Assembly: GCA_017429945.1 (NCBI GenBank)
Contig: JAFRNY010000054.1
Coordinates: 28,451-92,450 of the forward strand
Direction: 5' to 3'
Length of the DNA: 64,000 nt
Origin: Bacteroidaceae bacterium
GTDB taxonomy: Bacteria; Bacteroidota; Bacteroidia; Bacteroidales; Bacteroidaceae
The notes under the pieces are model-generated. The model had not been told where the DNA came from, made no database searches, and saw nothing but the letters and a program-made list of their open reading frames with translations. How positions within the stretch are numbered: the stretch's first letter is position 1; each line of letters starts with the position of its first letter. A program made the translations under genes and the position numbers. Below are positions 34,170-42,017 of this stretch, piece after piece.

Positions 34170-36599
34170 CTACAGAGCCAGGCGGAGGCCGTCGTTGTAG
34201 TCCCTAAGAAACGGCGGGTCGTAGCTCCGAATCGCTACGCGGCAGTAGTAGCCGCCGTTGTCCTTGCTGCCGCCGCGTATCACGCGGTTAGAGCCCAAGG
34301 TTGGACCTGTCGGATTGGTCTGAGCCTCGCTGCTATATCTGCCATACCAGTCCTGACACCATTCCCCGACATTGCCGTTCATATCATAGATGCCTAACTC
34401 ATTAGGAGCCTTGGTCGCAACGTAATGAGTTTCGTGACTGCTGTTGGAGGCATACCAAGCCACATAGCCAACGTTGTTGCTGCCGCTGTATGTATAACCC
34501 ATTGAGGCATTACCACCGCGCGCCGCGAACTCCCATTCAGCCTCAGTAGGCAGGCGGAAGGTGCGGCCGGTCAAGGCATTCAGCCTAGTGATGAACGTCT
34601 GACAGTCGTTCCAAGAAACTTGTTCAACAGGCAACTGATTTGAGCTTTTGAAGTTTGAAGGATTAGACCCCATCACTGCAGTCCACAACTCCTGCGTTAC
34701 CTCAGTCTCTCCGATATAGTAGTCGTTGGTCAAGGTAACCTGATGGACCGGCTTTTCATCGTTTTCACCAGAAATGCTGCCCATTTGGAATGTGCCGCCT
34801 TCAACTTTAATCATAGTGAATTGGACACCATTGACTGTGATTGAGAGACCATTTGCTGGTATCGTACTTATGCGCTCTGATGGCTGGCTCAATTCACTTG
34901 TCAAGCCATGCCCCTTAGCCTTTATTGTATATACATTGCTACAAATGGGTGAGTCGTCTGTCCAGAAAGTTGCACGCACATCTTCTTGAATCAATGTGCC
35001 ATTTCTGTATACATCATAGCTCTCAGCATACTTAACAGCATCCCACGTCACACGAATTGTCTTTTCATCAGCACCTAATGTCGCCGTAACATTCGTCGGC
35101 GTAGCGATACTGAAGTTTATGCTTGGTGTATTATCGCTCGAAGAGCTTGTCATGCCATGTCCCACGGCTCGTACAGAGTAATAGTTATTACCCAAGCGTG
35201 GCGTTTCATCTGTCCAAGAATTGGTTGTCACGCCAGTGGCAATCTCTGAACCATTGCGATATATAGTATAGCTTTCGGCAAACTTCACCGCATCCCAGCT
35301 GACATGGATTATCAAATCGTTATCATCCAAGGCTGCGGTGACACTCGTTGGAGCCTCAACCTTAAATGGTGCTGCATTGTTAGCAACACGACTGATGAAG
35401 TCGCGGGCGTAGCTCTGCATATTGCTGAATTGCGAGCCAAGAGAACTGGAGCAGTCGAGCACGAGCATGATGGCTGCGCCGGAGTGGGTTATGGTTGTCT
35501 GGGTGTTGTTATCGGGTGTGAATTCCGAATTTCTTTGCCAAGTGTCTGACGTTGCGGCCTTGTTGTACTGACGGATATAACCTGTCGGTATAAGTCCGTT
35601 GCCATCCGTTCGTTGCAAGCCTGTAAAAGTATAGGTAACGAAGATGCCTTCTTGTAAACCCAAAATAGTGGAACCACTGGTAGCCCGCATACCATAATAG
35701 GTGACGTTACGGAGAGAGCGGTCTGCAAGATTAAAGGTGCCTTCGATATAGAGTGTGCTATATTCTGGAGAGTTGCCATCAAATGTAAATCGGATGCGTG
35801 TGCCATTGCTAACACCTGGAATCTTGACACTAACCGTCTGACGGTTGCTGATACTGATGATTTGGTCGGCAATCTCCTGAAGACGTCGCTGAACATCAGA
35901 CATACTCGTCACCTCGATTGCTTTATCCTCCGAGCTGGCAAGCTGGCGAAGGTTGGTCTGGAACAGTGTATAGTCACTGACGTCATTGCCGCGAAGGCCT
36001 AAGGAATAAGCCGTAATGGGCAAACCCTTAACTCTGCTCGACGCTATGCGGCGGCTCAAAGCGCCTAGGTAATCGGCATCGGTCATATAGGAGCTGGTCA
36101 TCATCAGCGAACCTTGGTCGAGGCCATCGGTGAAAGTGATGAGGTTCACGCTGCTAAGGGGCGTAGTGAAGTTGTAACTGGTAAGATAGTTCAAGGCATT
36201 ATCCACACCATAATATAACAATGTGCCATCTTTGCGCATAAGGTTGCTGACGAAGGAACTATAGCGACCACTGGTGCTGGTGGCTAAAATATCTATAGGC
36301 ATAGTGTAAAGCTCTTGGTTGAAGCCAAGTATGCCAAGATATACCAATGGCTCTTCTGTTGAACGGACAACCTTGATACTATCTATCGTGTTTATGGCGA
36401 AGCTTTTCTTAACGCCTGCCGTAAAGAAGTTTATTTGACGGTTGTCGGCGTTGGTGCCGGTAATGCGTACGCTGTCTATATCCGTTGACATCATACTGCC
36501 GATGATGTCCTTACCTTGATAGACCTCAAGATACTTCTGTGCGTGAACTGCCACAGATGTGAGTAGTGCTGAAACGAGAGTGAGTAATATCTTTTTCAT
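34170..36599 (-). CDS. secreted multidomain protein: vWA-like region, beta-rich insert, MIDAS-like segment, 2 x Fn3-like, C-terminal FGE-sulfatase/C-type-lectin-fold domain
   Basis: Signal peptide. vWA-type motifs (GTLLYYGVDNAL, VNLITFTDGLDQGS, LVLDCSSSLG). Two WDAVK(F/Y)AESY..YRNG Fn3-like repeats. FGE-domain motifs (VSWNDCQTFI, RLPTEAEWEFAARGG, GNVGEWCQDWY, RGGS..GLRLAL). Confidence 0.75.
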   Translation of the reverse strand: MKKILLTLVSALLTSVAVHAQKYLEVYQGKDIIGSMMSTDIDSVRITGTNADNRQINFFTAGVKKSFAINTIDSIKVVRSTEEPLVYLGILGFNQELYTMPIDILATSTSGRYSSFVSNLMRKDGTLLYYGVDNALNYLTSYNFTTPLSSVNLITFTDGLDQGSLMMTSSYMTDADYLGALSRRIASSRVKGLPITAYSLGLRGNDVSDYTLFQTNLRQLASSEDKAIEVTSMSDVQRRLQEIADQIISISNRQTVSVKIPGVSNGTRIRFTFDGNSPEYSTLYIEGTFNLADRSLRNVTYYGMRATSGSTILGLQEGIFVTYTFTGLQRTDGNGLIPTGYIRQYNKAATSDTWQRNSEFTPDNNTQTTITHSGAAIMLVLDCSSSLGSQFSNMQSYARDFISRVANNAAPFKVEAPTSVTAALDDNDLIIHVSWDAVKFAESYTIYRNGSEIATGVTTNSWTDETPRLGNNYYSVRAVGHGMTSSSSDNTPSINFSIATPTNVTATLGADEKTIRVTWDAVKYAESYDVYRNGTLIQEDVRATFWTDDSPICSNVYTIKAKGHGLTSELSQPSERISTIPANGLSITVNGVQFTMIKVEGGTFQMGSISGENDEKPVHQVTLTNDYYIGETEVTQELWTAVMGSNPSNFKSSNQLPVEQVSWNDCQTFITRLNALTGRTFRLPTEAEWEFAARGGNASMGYTYSGSNNVGYVAWYASNSSHETHYVATKAPNELGIYDMNGNVGEWCQDWYGRYSSEAQTNPTGPTLGSNRVIRGGSKDNGGYYCRVAIRSYDPPFLRDYNDGLRLAL

Positions 36600-36619
36600 A
36601 GTGTTTCAATGTAGTTAGA

Positions 36620-37132
36620 TTATTTCACCATTTTCTTTGAAAACACCTGACCGTTGCAGGACACTTGTACCACAAAAACGCCACGGGGGATGCGGGCGAG
36701 AGAGAGACTGTATGAACGTGCTGCACTCTTGTCCTCAGCAACGACTCTGCCTTGCAGGTCATAGACTCTGATGCCTTCAAGCCGACGGTCACTCTCTACA
36801 GAGATTGTGCTTCCGACAAGCGAATATTGAATATTGGCATCCTCGCCAACGGTGAGGCTACGAATATCCGTCGTCGGCGTAATCTCTGAGTCTAACGACA
36901 TAAAGCTGAAAGTGGAGAACTCCAGTTCTGTCACCTTCGCGGCTTCATGCATCTTCATGCTGTGGTTGGTGAACGTAATCTTATCCAACGTCTCCAATGA
37001 GAAAGGTTTCGGAGTGCTGGATGAGTTCAAGAATACAAACAGTGTGTTCCGCTCGGAAGTTTGAGCCGAGAGTGTCACCGGAATGCTCAAGAATAGGGTG
37101 AGCAAGATAGTTGATTGAATAAGATGTTTCAT
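36620..37132 (-). CDS. small secreted protein with T9SS (Por) C-terminal sorting domain
   Basis: Signal peptide. The C-terminal ~75 aa (IRVYDLQGRVVAEDKS..LARIPRGVFVVQVSCNGQVFSKKMVK) match the type A T9SS CTD pattern. 20 nt upstream of the large FGE gene. Confidence 0.7.
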   Translation of the reverse strand: MKHLIQSTILLTLFLSIPVTLSAQTSERNTLFVFLNSSSTPKPFSLETLDKITFTNHSMKMHEAAKVTELEFSTFSFMSLDSEITPTTDIRSLTVGEDANIQYSLVGSTISVESDRRLEGIRVYDLQGRVVAEDKSAARSYSLSLARIPRGVFVVQVSCNGQVFSKKMVK

Positions 37133-37170
37133 TGGTACTTAATTATTATTTTGATGTCCTTTCCTGTTCA

Positions 37171-37497
37171 GATTTTGACCCATATGGCCGTTGTGGGCTA
37201 TCGTAGTCGGCGCAAAGTTAGCGTTTTTTTGCGAGCTGTCGCAAAAAAAAGAAAAAATATTTTCATTTATCGTTGAGGGTTCTTGGACGGGCCAAGCGGC
37301 AGAGCCGAGCGGAGGGTGGGATCGTTTATCGTTGAGAGTTGAGGGTTGAGGGTTGAGGATTTAGAGCTGGTGGAGAGTTTCTTGTGAATAGTGACAGAGG
37401 ATAAAACGAAAACGCCTCTTTGCTGTGAGCAATGAGGCAAGGATAAAGTCGATATTTATGATAATTTATGGCTTAATTAATGGAAATTCGTGTTTAA
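37171..37497 (-). repeat. ~330-bp intergenic cassette, copy A (terminator hairpin, GTTGAGGG/TTTATCGTT word repeats, TAACTTTG promoter box, conserved leader)
   Basis: Near-identical to 38119..38446 along its full length. Confidence 0.95.
37213..37220 (-). promoter_or_regulatory. -7 box TAACTTTG in cassette copy A (drives the T9SS-CTD and large FGE genes)
   Basis: TAnnTTTG, 81 nt upstream of ATG 37132. The same box and leader occur at 38161 and 39566. Confidence 0.6.
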
Positions 37498-37524
37498 AAT
37501 GAGGATAATAAGTTCTTAATATGC

Positions 37525-38100
37525 CTATTTGTTGTCCTCTGTCTGCCGGAAGCCGATGATGGGACGGCGGGGAGGGCGGGAGGTGGATTGGAGCTGGGCG
37601 AGAGTTTGGTCGATGACTTCGAGATGTGCTTCTGTTAGTTCGTTAATCTCATTTTGGTCGTGCAAAATTTCATCTATATAGCTGTTGATTTCTTGCCTAA
37701 ATATTTGTAAATCCTCTTTGGAGACAATATTCTCTGTCTTGATGACATTGGCCATTCTGCGAAACTCTACAAAAGCACGCATAATGCTCCGATTAATAGC
37801 TATGGCCAAAGGAGAACGCAGCACACTGCTAAGCATCGCTACACCTAATTCCGTAAAAGCGAAAGCCCCGTAACGGCTACCGCCCCAACTTGAGGTGCCA
37901 ATTTGGCATCTCAAGAGTTCGTCATGAGTAATCTCAAACATAAAGTCCTCACCTTAAAAGCGCTCTATATTACGCTTTACAGCACGTTTCAGTTGCGATG
38001 TCTCTACACCGTATAGTTTGGCCAAATCACAGTCTAACATTACCCGCTGACCATGAATCTCCAATATTTGTGCTTTGATTCGTTCGATATCACTCGTCAT
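37525..38100 (-). pseudogene. ORF6N (KilA-N-related) domain gene interrupted by an in-frame TAA
   Basis: The minus strand reads MTSDIERIKAQILEIHGQRVMLDCDLAKLYGVETSQLKRAVKRNIERF-TAA-GEDFMFEITHDELLRCQIGTSSWGGSRYGAFAFTELGVAMLSSVL.. in a single frame. The stop is at 37954..37956. Confidence 0.75.
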
Positions 38101-38160
38101 ATAATCGTAAACCGTTAAGATTTTGACCCTCATGCCCGTTGTGGGCTATCGTAGTCGGTG

Positions 38161-38168
38161 CAAAGTTA
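38161..38168 (-). promoter_or_regulatory. -7 box TAACTTTG in cassette copy B (ORF6N gene)
   Basis: TAnnTTTG, 61 nt upstream of ATG 38100. Confidence 0.6.
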
Positions 38169-38360
38169 GCGTTTTTTTGCGAACTGTCGCATAAAAAGAA
38201 AAAATTTTTTCGTTTATCGTTGAGGGTTCTTGGACGGGCCACGCGGCAGAGCCGAGCGGAGGGTGGGATCGTTTATCGTTGAGAGTTGAGGGTTGAGGGT
38301 TGAGGATTTAGAGCTGGTGGAGAGTTTCTTGTGAATAGTGACAGAGGATAAAACGAAAAC

Positions 38361-38385
38361 GCCTCTTTGCTGTGAGCAAAGAGGC
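38361..38385 (-). terminator. terminator hairpin within cassette copy B (equivalent in copy A at 37414..37438)
   Basis: The minus strand reads GCCTCTTTGCTCACAGCAAAGAGGC followed by GTTTTCGTTTTAT. Confidence 0.7.
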
Positions 38386-38480
38386 AAGGATAAAGTCGAT
38401 ATTTATGATAATTTATGGCTTAATTAATGGTAATTCGTGTTTTAAGATAGAAATAGAAAGAAGAGGAAGAATGCTTTAGT

Positions 38481-38570
38481 TGATTATCAGCGACTTACAA
38501 TGTAGGATGAACCCTTTTTTGAAAAACTTTTCAAAAACGTCTGCGCCAAGACTATTCTCATCGATTCTTA
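38481..38570 (+). repeat. third copy (R-type, direct orientation) of the TTTTCAAAA/GGGTTCATC arm
   Basis: ..CGACTTACAATGTAGGATGAACCCTTTTTTGAAAAACTTTTCAAAAACGTCTGCGCCAAGACTATTCTCATCGATTCTT.. Confidence 0.85.
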
Positions 38571-38633
38571 AAAGGAGACGCTTGACACTTCAAGAATCTT
38601 CTACTTAACCCTAACAATTATCAATTATCATTC

Positions 38634-38707
38634 ACCCTTCACAACCCTTCACCCCTTCACTCTCCCTGCAGATGTGGCGAGTGAAGGGGTGAAGGGTTGT
38701 GAAGGGT
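38634..38707 (-). terminator. 29-bp perfect-stem hairpin 20 nt after the small FGE gene stop
   Basis: ACCCTTCACAACCCTTCACCCCTTCACTC, a 16-nt loop, then the exact reverse complement. No U-run. Confidence 0.5.
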
Positions 38708-38727
38708 ATTTCTCTTTTATCAAGAAA

Positions 38728-39513
38728 TTAAAGGGCGAGACGGAAGCCAGTGGAGGAATTCGAGCCAGCGTGCCCAGCCCGGTACGCTACGTGGCAGCCG
38801 TGGGCGTAGGAGCCCCAGCAGCCACCGCGAATCACCCATAAAGGCCAATAGTTTGGGTCTAACACATCACTGTCGCTATAGCTGTGATACTTGTCCTGAC
38901 ACCACTCCCATACATTGCCACTCATATCATAGATGCCAAGTTCGTTGGGTGCCTTGGTGGCGACGTCATGAATCTTTAAACTACTATTATCATAGTACCA
39001 AGCCACATCATCTATAGTATTGCTTCCACTATACGCATAACCCTCTGAGGCATTGCCACCACGCGCAGCAAATTCCCATTCAGCCTCAGTAGGAAGACGG
39101 AAGGAACGACCAGTGATTTCGTTAAGTTCCTTAATGAACATATTTAAGCCAGCCCAAGAGACACTCTCCACAGGAAACTGATTAGAATCCGTTATAGACG
39201 ACGGGTTAAACCCCATGACAGCCGTCCACAGCTGCTGCGTCACTTCTGTTTCACCAATATAGTAGTCATTAGTCAATGTCACCTGATGGACCTCCGAAGA
39301 ATCACCGCCTTGCCCCATCTGGAACGTGCCAGCCTCTACTTTAATCATTCTAAACTTTACACCGTTAGCAACAACAGTGATGCAATTTGAAGGAACCGTG
39401 TTATCATCTGGCTCTACATTCTCTTTTTCTGAGCACGATGAGAGTGCCATCATTAGTGCGTTGATTGGTAGCATGGCCAACAGGGCCAAATACTTTATAG
39501 AATTCTTTTTCAT
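38728..39513 (-). CDS. FGE-sulfatase/C-type-lectin-fold lipoprotein
   Basis: Lipoprotein signal (MMALSSCSEKE). The FGE-domain core is nearly colinear with the C-terminal domain of CDS 34170..36599 (RLPTEAEWEFAARGGNAS, APNELGIYDMSGNVWEWCQD, VIRGG..GFRLAL). Confidence 0.8.
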   Translation of the reverse strand: MKKNSIKYLALLAMLPINALMMALSSCSEKENVEPDDNTVPSNCITVVANGVKFRMIKVEAGTFQMGQGGDSSEVHQVTLTNDYYIGETEVTQQLWTAVMGFNPSSITDSNQFPVESVSWAGLNMFIKELNEITGRSFRLPTEAEWEFAARGGNASEGYAYSGSNTIDDVAWYYDNSSLKIHDVATKAPNELGIYDMSGNVWEWCQDKYHSYSDSDVLDPNYWPLWVIRGGCWGSYAHGCHVAYRAGHAGSNSSTGFRLAL

Positions 39514-39565
39514 GATCCAAATGAGATTTTATCCACAAGTCCACTAAGGGCTATCGAAATCGGTG

Positions 39566-39573
39566 CAAAGTTA
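39566..39573 (-). promoter_or_regulatory. -7 box TAACTTTG for the small FGE lipoprotein gene
   Basis: TAnnTTTG, 53 nt upstream of ATG 39513. The flanking GGGCTATCG.A.TCGGTGCAAAGTTA resembles the cassette copies. Confidence 0.55.
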
Positions 39574-39647
39574 ATAAAAGATTAGAGATTTGGGATTAGA
39601 GATTAGAGTTTTTTTCATTGAAAAGTGATTTTTTTGTGAAAAGTAAA

Positions 39648-39665
39648 TAAAAGATTAGGGATTAG
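39648..39665 (+). repeat. 18-bp direct repeat TAAAAGATTAGGGATTAG, right copy
   Basis: Identical to 32871..32888. Related GATTAGAG words at 39580-39608. Confidence 0.9.
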
Positions 39666-39704
39666 ACTCCGCTGTGAAGCGGGGCCTATATTACACCAAT
39701 ACAC

Positions 39705-39741
39705 CACACAGCCTCTTCGCAAGTGGCGAAGAGGCTGTGTG
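39705..39741 (-). terminator. 16-bp hairpin after the SusD-like gene (end of the FAS1/SusCD locus)
   Basis: CACACAGCCTCTTCGC-AAGTG-GCGAAGAGGCTGTGTG. Confidence 0.65.
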
Positions 39742-39782
39742 ATGTGGTGATGGGCAATGGCCCTTGGATTACAACGTGATGC

Positions 39783-42005
39783 TTAGCGACCGATCTGACC
39801 TCGCCAGCCAATGAACCAGTTGCGGCGGTCGGAGAGGATGCCGAGGAGTGCGGGGTCGCGCTTAGCTACGCGGCGTGCGAGCACGGTGGGATCGCCCTTG
39901 CGGTAGGCCTCACGCATGAGAGTGCCGAAGCGGAAGCCTTCGAACGGTGTCTCGAGGGCCGACTCGATGTCGAGGAGGCTGTCGATGACTGCTATCTGGC
40001 GGCCCTTGACTTGGGGCACAGCTACGTCGCGATACCAAGTCTGAACATCATCGCCATATTGCATCCAAAGCGAAAAGTACAGGTCGTTGAGATGTTGTGC
40101 AAAGCTGTCGACCACGGCGAGGCGCTCGCGGTTGGTGGTGTAATCGTCGAGGTTGGGCGCTGTGATGCCCCACTGCTCGGCTTCGGCCACGAGCTCTTCG
40201 TTAGCAGCGATAAGCTCTTCGAGGCGCGTGGCGGCCACGGTGCTGGGGTTGGCCACTTGGTAATATACAGGCGGCTCGACAGGATAACCTGTGGAATCGG
40301 CCGGGATATCGGTCTCGGCGGGATAGTAGTAGGGGTTGTTCCAGGCGAAACCGCTGCCGCGGCTGTGGAGGCCCATCTGGTTCACGCGCCAGTTCTCGAG
40401 CTCGGCGGCCGTGGTGGGACGAGTGTAGTTGATGATCGCTTCATTCATGCCCCCACCAATGACACGGCCTTGAACGCGGGTAACGTAGTAGTTCTGATCG
40501 AACTCGAAGTAGGAGATGAATGCTGAGTCGACGGCATTTGTGCACTGAGGCAGTACGAACCAGCGTACGACGTTCTCATCGAGACCAAGGGTGAGGATAG
40601 CCTGAGCGAACTTGGGGAATCCGGCATAGTTCATTGCCTCAGCCAGACGCAGGTAGATATCGGCCGTGCGGTAGATGATGACATCCTGCGGATTGTAGGT
40701 CTTCACGATGCTCTGCAGTGAATACTCAGTGAGCTGATTGATAGAGAAGTTTGCCGGCAGGCGCAGGTCGCCAACATAGTGCTGCGAGATCTGGTCCTCG
40801 GTGAGGAGCGTGGCGGGCACGGTGACGTACACGCGTTGACCGCCGTTGGAGTAGTAGTCCCAGAAGACCTGGCTGTCGCTGTAGTCGATACAGGGCTGCG
40901 AGGGTGAGAGGCTGGCGGCTATCTCTATGTCTTCGTGGTTGTAGTTGTAGAGGTAGCGGAGGTCGTTGAAGTGGCCTTGCGATGATGCGGAGTCCATGGC
41001 GATGGCGGCGATGACGTCGCTGTTGTTCAAGCCGAAGGATTGAGCGCTGCTGGTGCGGAACCACTGCCCCTCATGAGTGTTGATTCGTTCGTAATTGCCT
41101 GTGGAGTAGCTGTTGGTAGGCCATGTGTCGCCCTCATAACCGAGGACGTTCTTACGCTTGTAACCACGGTTGTCGTTGATAGTGGGCGTCCAGTCGATGT
41201 AGTCGTAGTAGCTCTTGGCAGCTTCGCGGGCAAGCATGGGATCCTGATTGATGGAGGCGAGCCAGAGGTAGAGGTCGCCGAGCACCAGTTGGATGGGCAG
41301 CACGCTCATGCGCGAAGGCATTGACGAGTTGTAGCCGAAATAGCCGGGGTTGCCGTGGTAGGGATATGCGAACCAGGACACGTAGGGCTTGAGGTCGTCG
41401 ATGAAATAGCGGCAGATGCCAGCGAGGTCGGTCTTGGGCGCGCTGTCGTAGGCGGCATCGGCCTCGTCGAGCGTGAGCAAAGGTTCTGTGACGAGGGGTA
41501 TGTTCTCGCCATAGATCTGACCGAGCTGGAGATAGACCCAAGCGCGGATGGCACGCACTGCAACGTATTCGGCGCGGAAAACGTAGAAGTCGGACATGGC
41601 GCCGTCGGTGTAGCGATATTCACGCAGGGTGGTATCGGCCTTGGCGAGGAAGTAGTTGCAGTTGTTGATGATGGCGTAGTAGTCGCGCGGATTGTTGTAG
41701 ACGTTGTCGTCGTCGACGGCGAAATTGGCGATAGCCTTGAGGTTGGCATTGGCCGACTCATTGACCTTGGTAAGGTCGCCGCGCAGCTCGCCGAAGAGGT
41801 TGGTGCGCACGGCCACCTTCTGCAGTTGGGCGAGGATACCGACAAATGAGTTGACGGTGTCGTTGGCCGTGGTGAGGTGGTTGTGGTCGGCATAGAGGAC
41901 GTCGTCGTTGCCCATGTCAAGCATATCGTCGCATGAGGTGAGTGTTGCTGTGATACAGCAACATACACAGCAGAGTGCCGGGAAAAGATATTTTAGCTTT
42001 TTCAT
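39783..42005 (-). CDS. RagB/SusD-family outer-membrane lipoprotein (long, 740 aa)
   Basis: Lipoprotein signal ending TSCDD. Lies directly downstream of a SusC-type gene. SusD-like N-terminal helical pattern (FGELRGDL..). Confidence 0.8.
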   Translation of the reverse strand: MKKLKYLFPALCCVCCCITATLTSCDDMLDMGNDDVLYADHNHLTTANDTVNSFVGILAQLQKVAVRTNLFGELRGDLTKVNESANANLKAIANFAVDDDNVYNNPRDYYAIINNCNYFLAKADTTLREYRYTDGAMSDFYVFRAEYVAVRAIRAWVYLQLGQIYGENIPLVTEPLLTLDEADAAYDSAPKTDLAGICRYFIDDLKPYVSWFAYPYHGNPGYFGYNSSMPSRMSVLPIQLVLGDLYLWLASINQDPMLAREAAKSYYDYIDWTPTINDNRGYKRKNVLGYEGDTWPTNSYSTGNYERINTHEGQWFRTSSAQSFGLNNSDVIAAIAMDSASSQGHFNDLRYLYNYNHEDIEIAASLSPSQPCIDYSDSQVFWDYYSNGGQRVYVTVPATLLTEDQISQHYVGDLRLPANFSINQLTEYSLQSIVKTYNPQDVIIYRTADIYLRLAEAMNYAGFPKFAQAILTLGLDENVVRWFVLPQCTNAVDSAFISYFEFDQNYYVTRVQGRVIGGGMNEAIINYTRPTTAAELENWRVNQMGLHSRGSGFAWNNPYYYPAETDIPADSTGYPVEPPVYYQVANPSTVAATRLEELIAANEELVAEAEQWGITAPNLDDYTTNRERLAVVDSFAQHLNDLYFSLWMQYGDDVQTWYRDVAVPQVKGRQIAVIDSLLDIESALETPFEGFRFGTLMREAYRKGDPTVLARRVAKRDPALLGILSDRRNWFIGWRGQIGR

Positions 42006-42017
42006 GATTCGTGTCGT

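Larger units (their letters stand above)
38119..38446 (-). repeat. ~330-bp intergenic cassette, copy B
   Basis: Near-identical to 37171..37497. Confidence 0.95.

Noticed and set aside
34020-34397. 125-aa plus-strand ORF across the end of the large FGE gene
   Set aside because: It overlaps the FGE C-terminus antisense and runs through the hairpin region. It has no motif support.
32900-39780. Search for a DGR reverse transcriptase, Avd or template repeat, and for an integrase, transposase or relaxase, in or near the island
   Set aside because: No ORF of 60 aa or more in the island or elsewhere in the window shows RT (YxDD), tyrosine- or serine-recombinase, DDE or relaxase motifs. No A-rich copy of either FGE tail was seen in the spacers. 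The DGR and mobile-element ideas therefore remain hypotheses that depend on loci outside the window.
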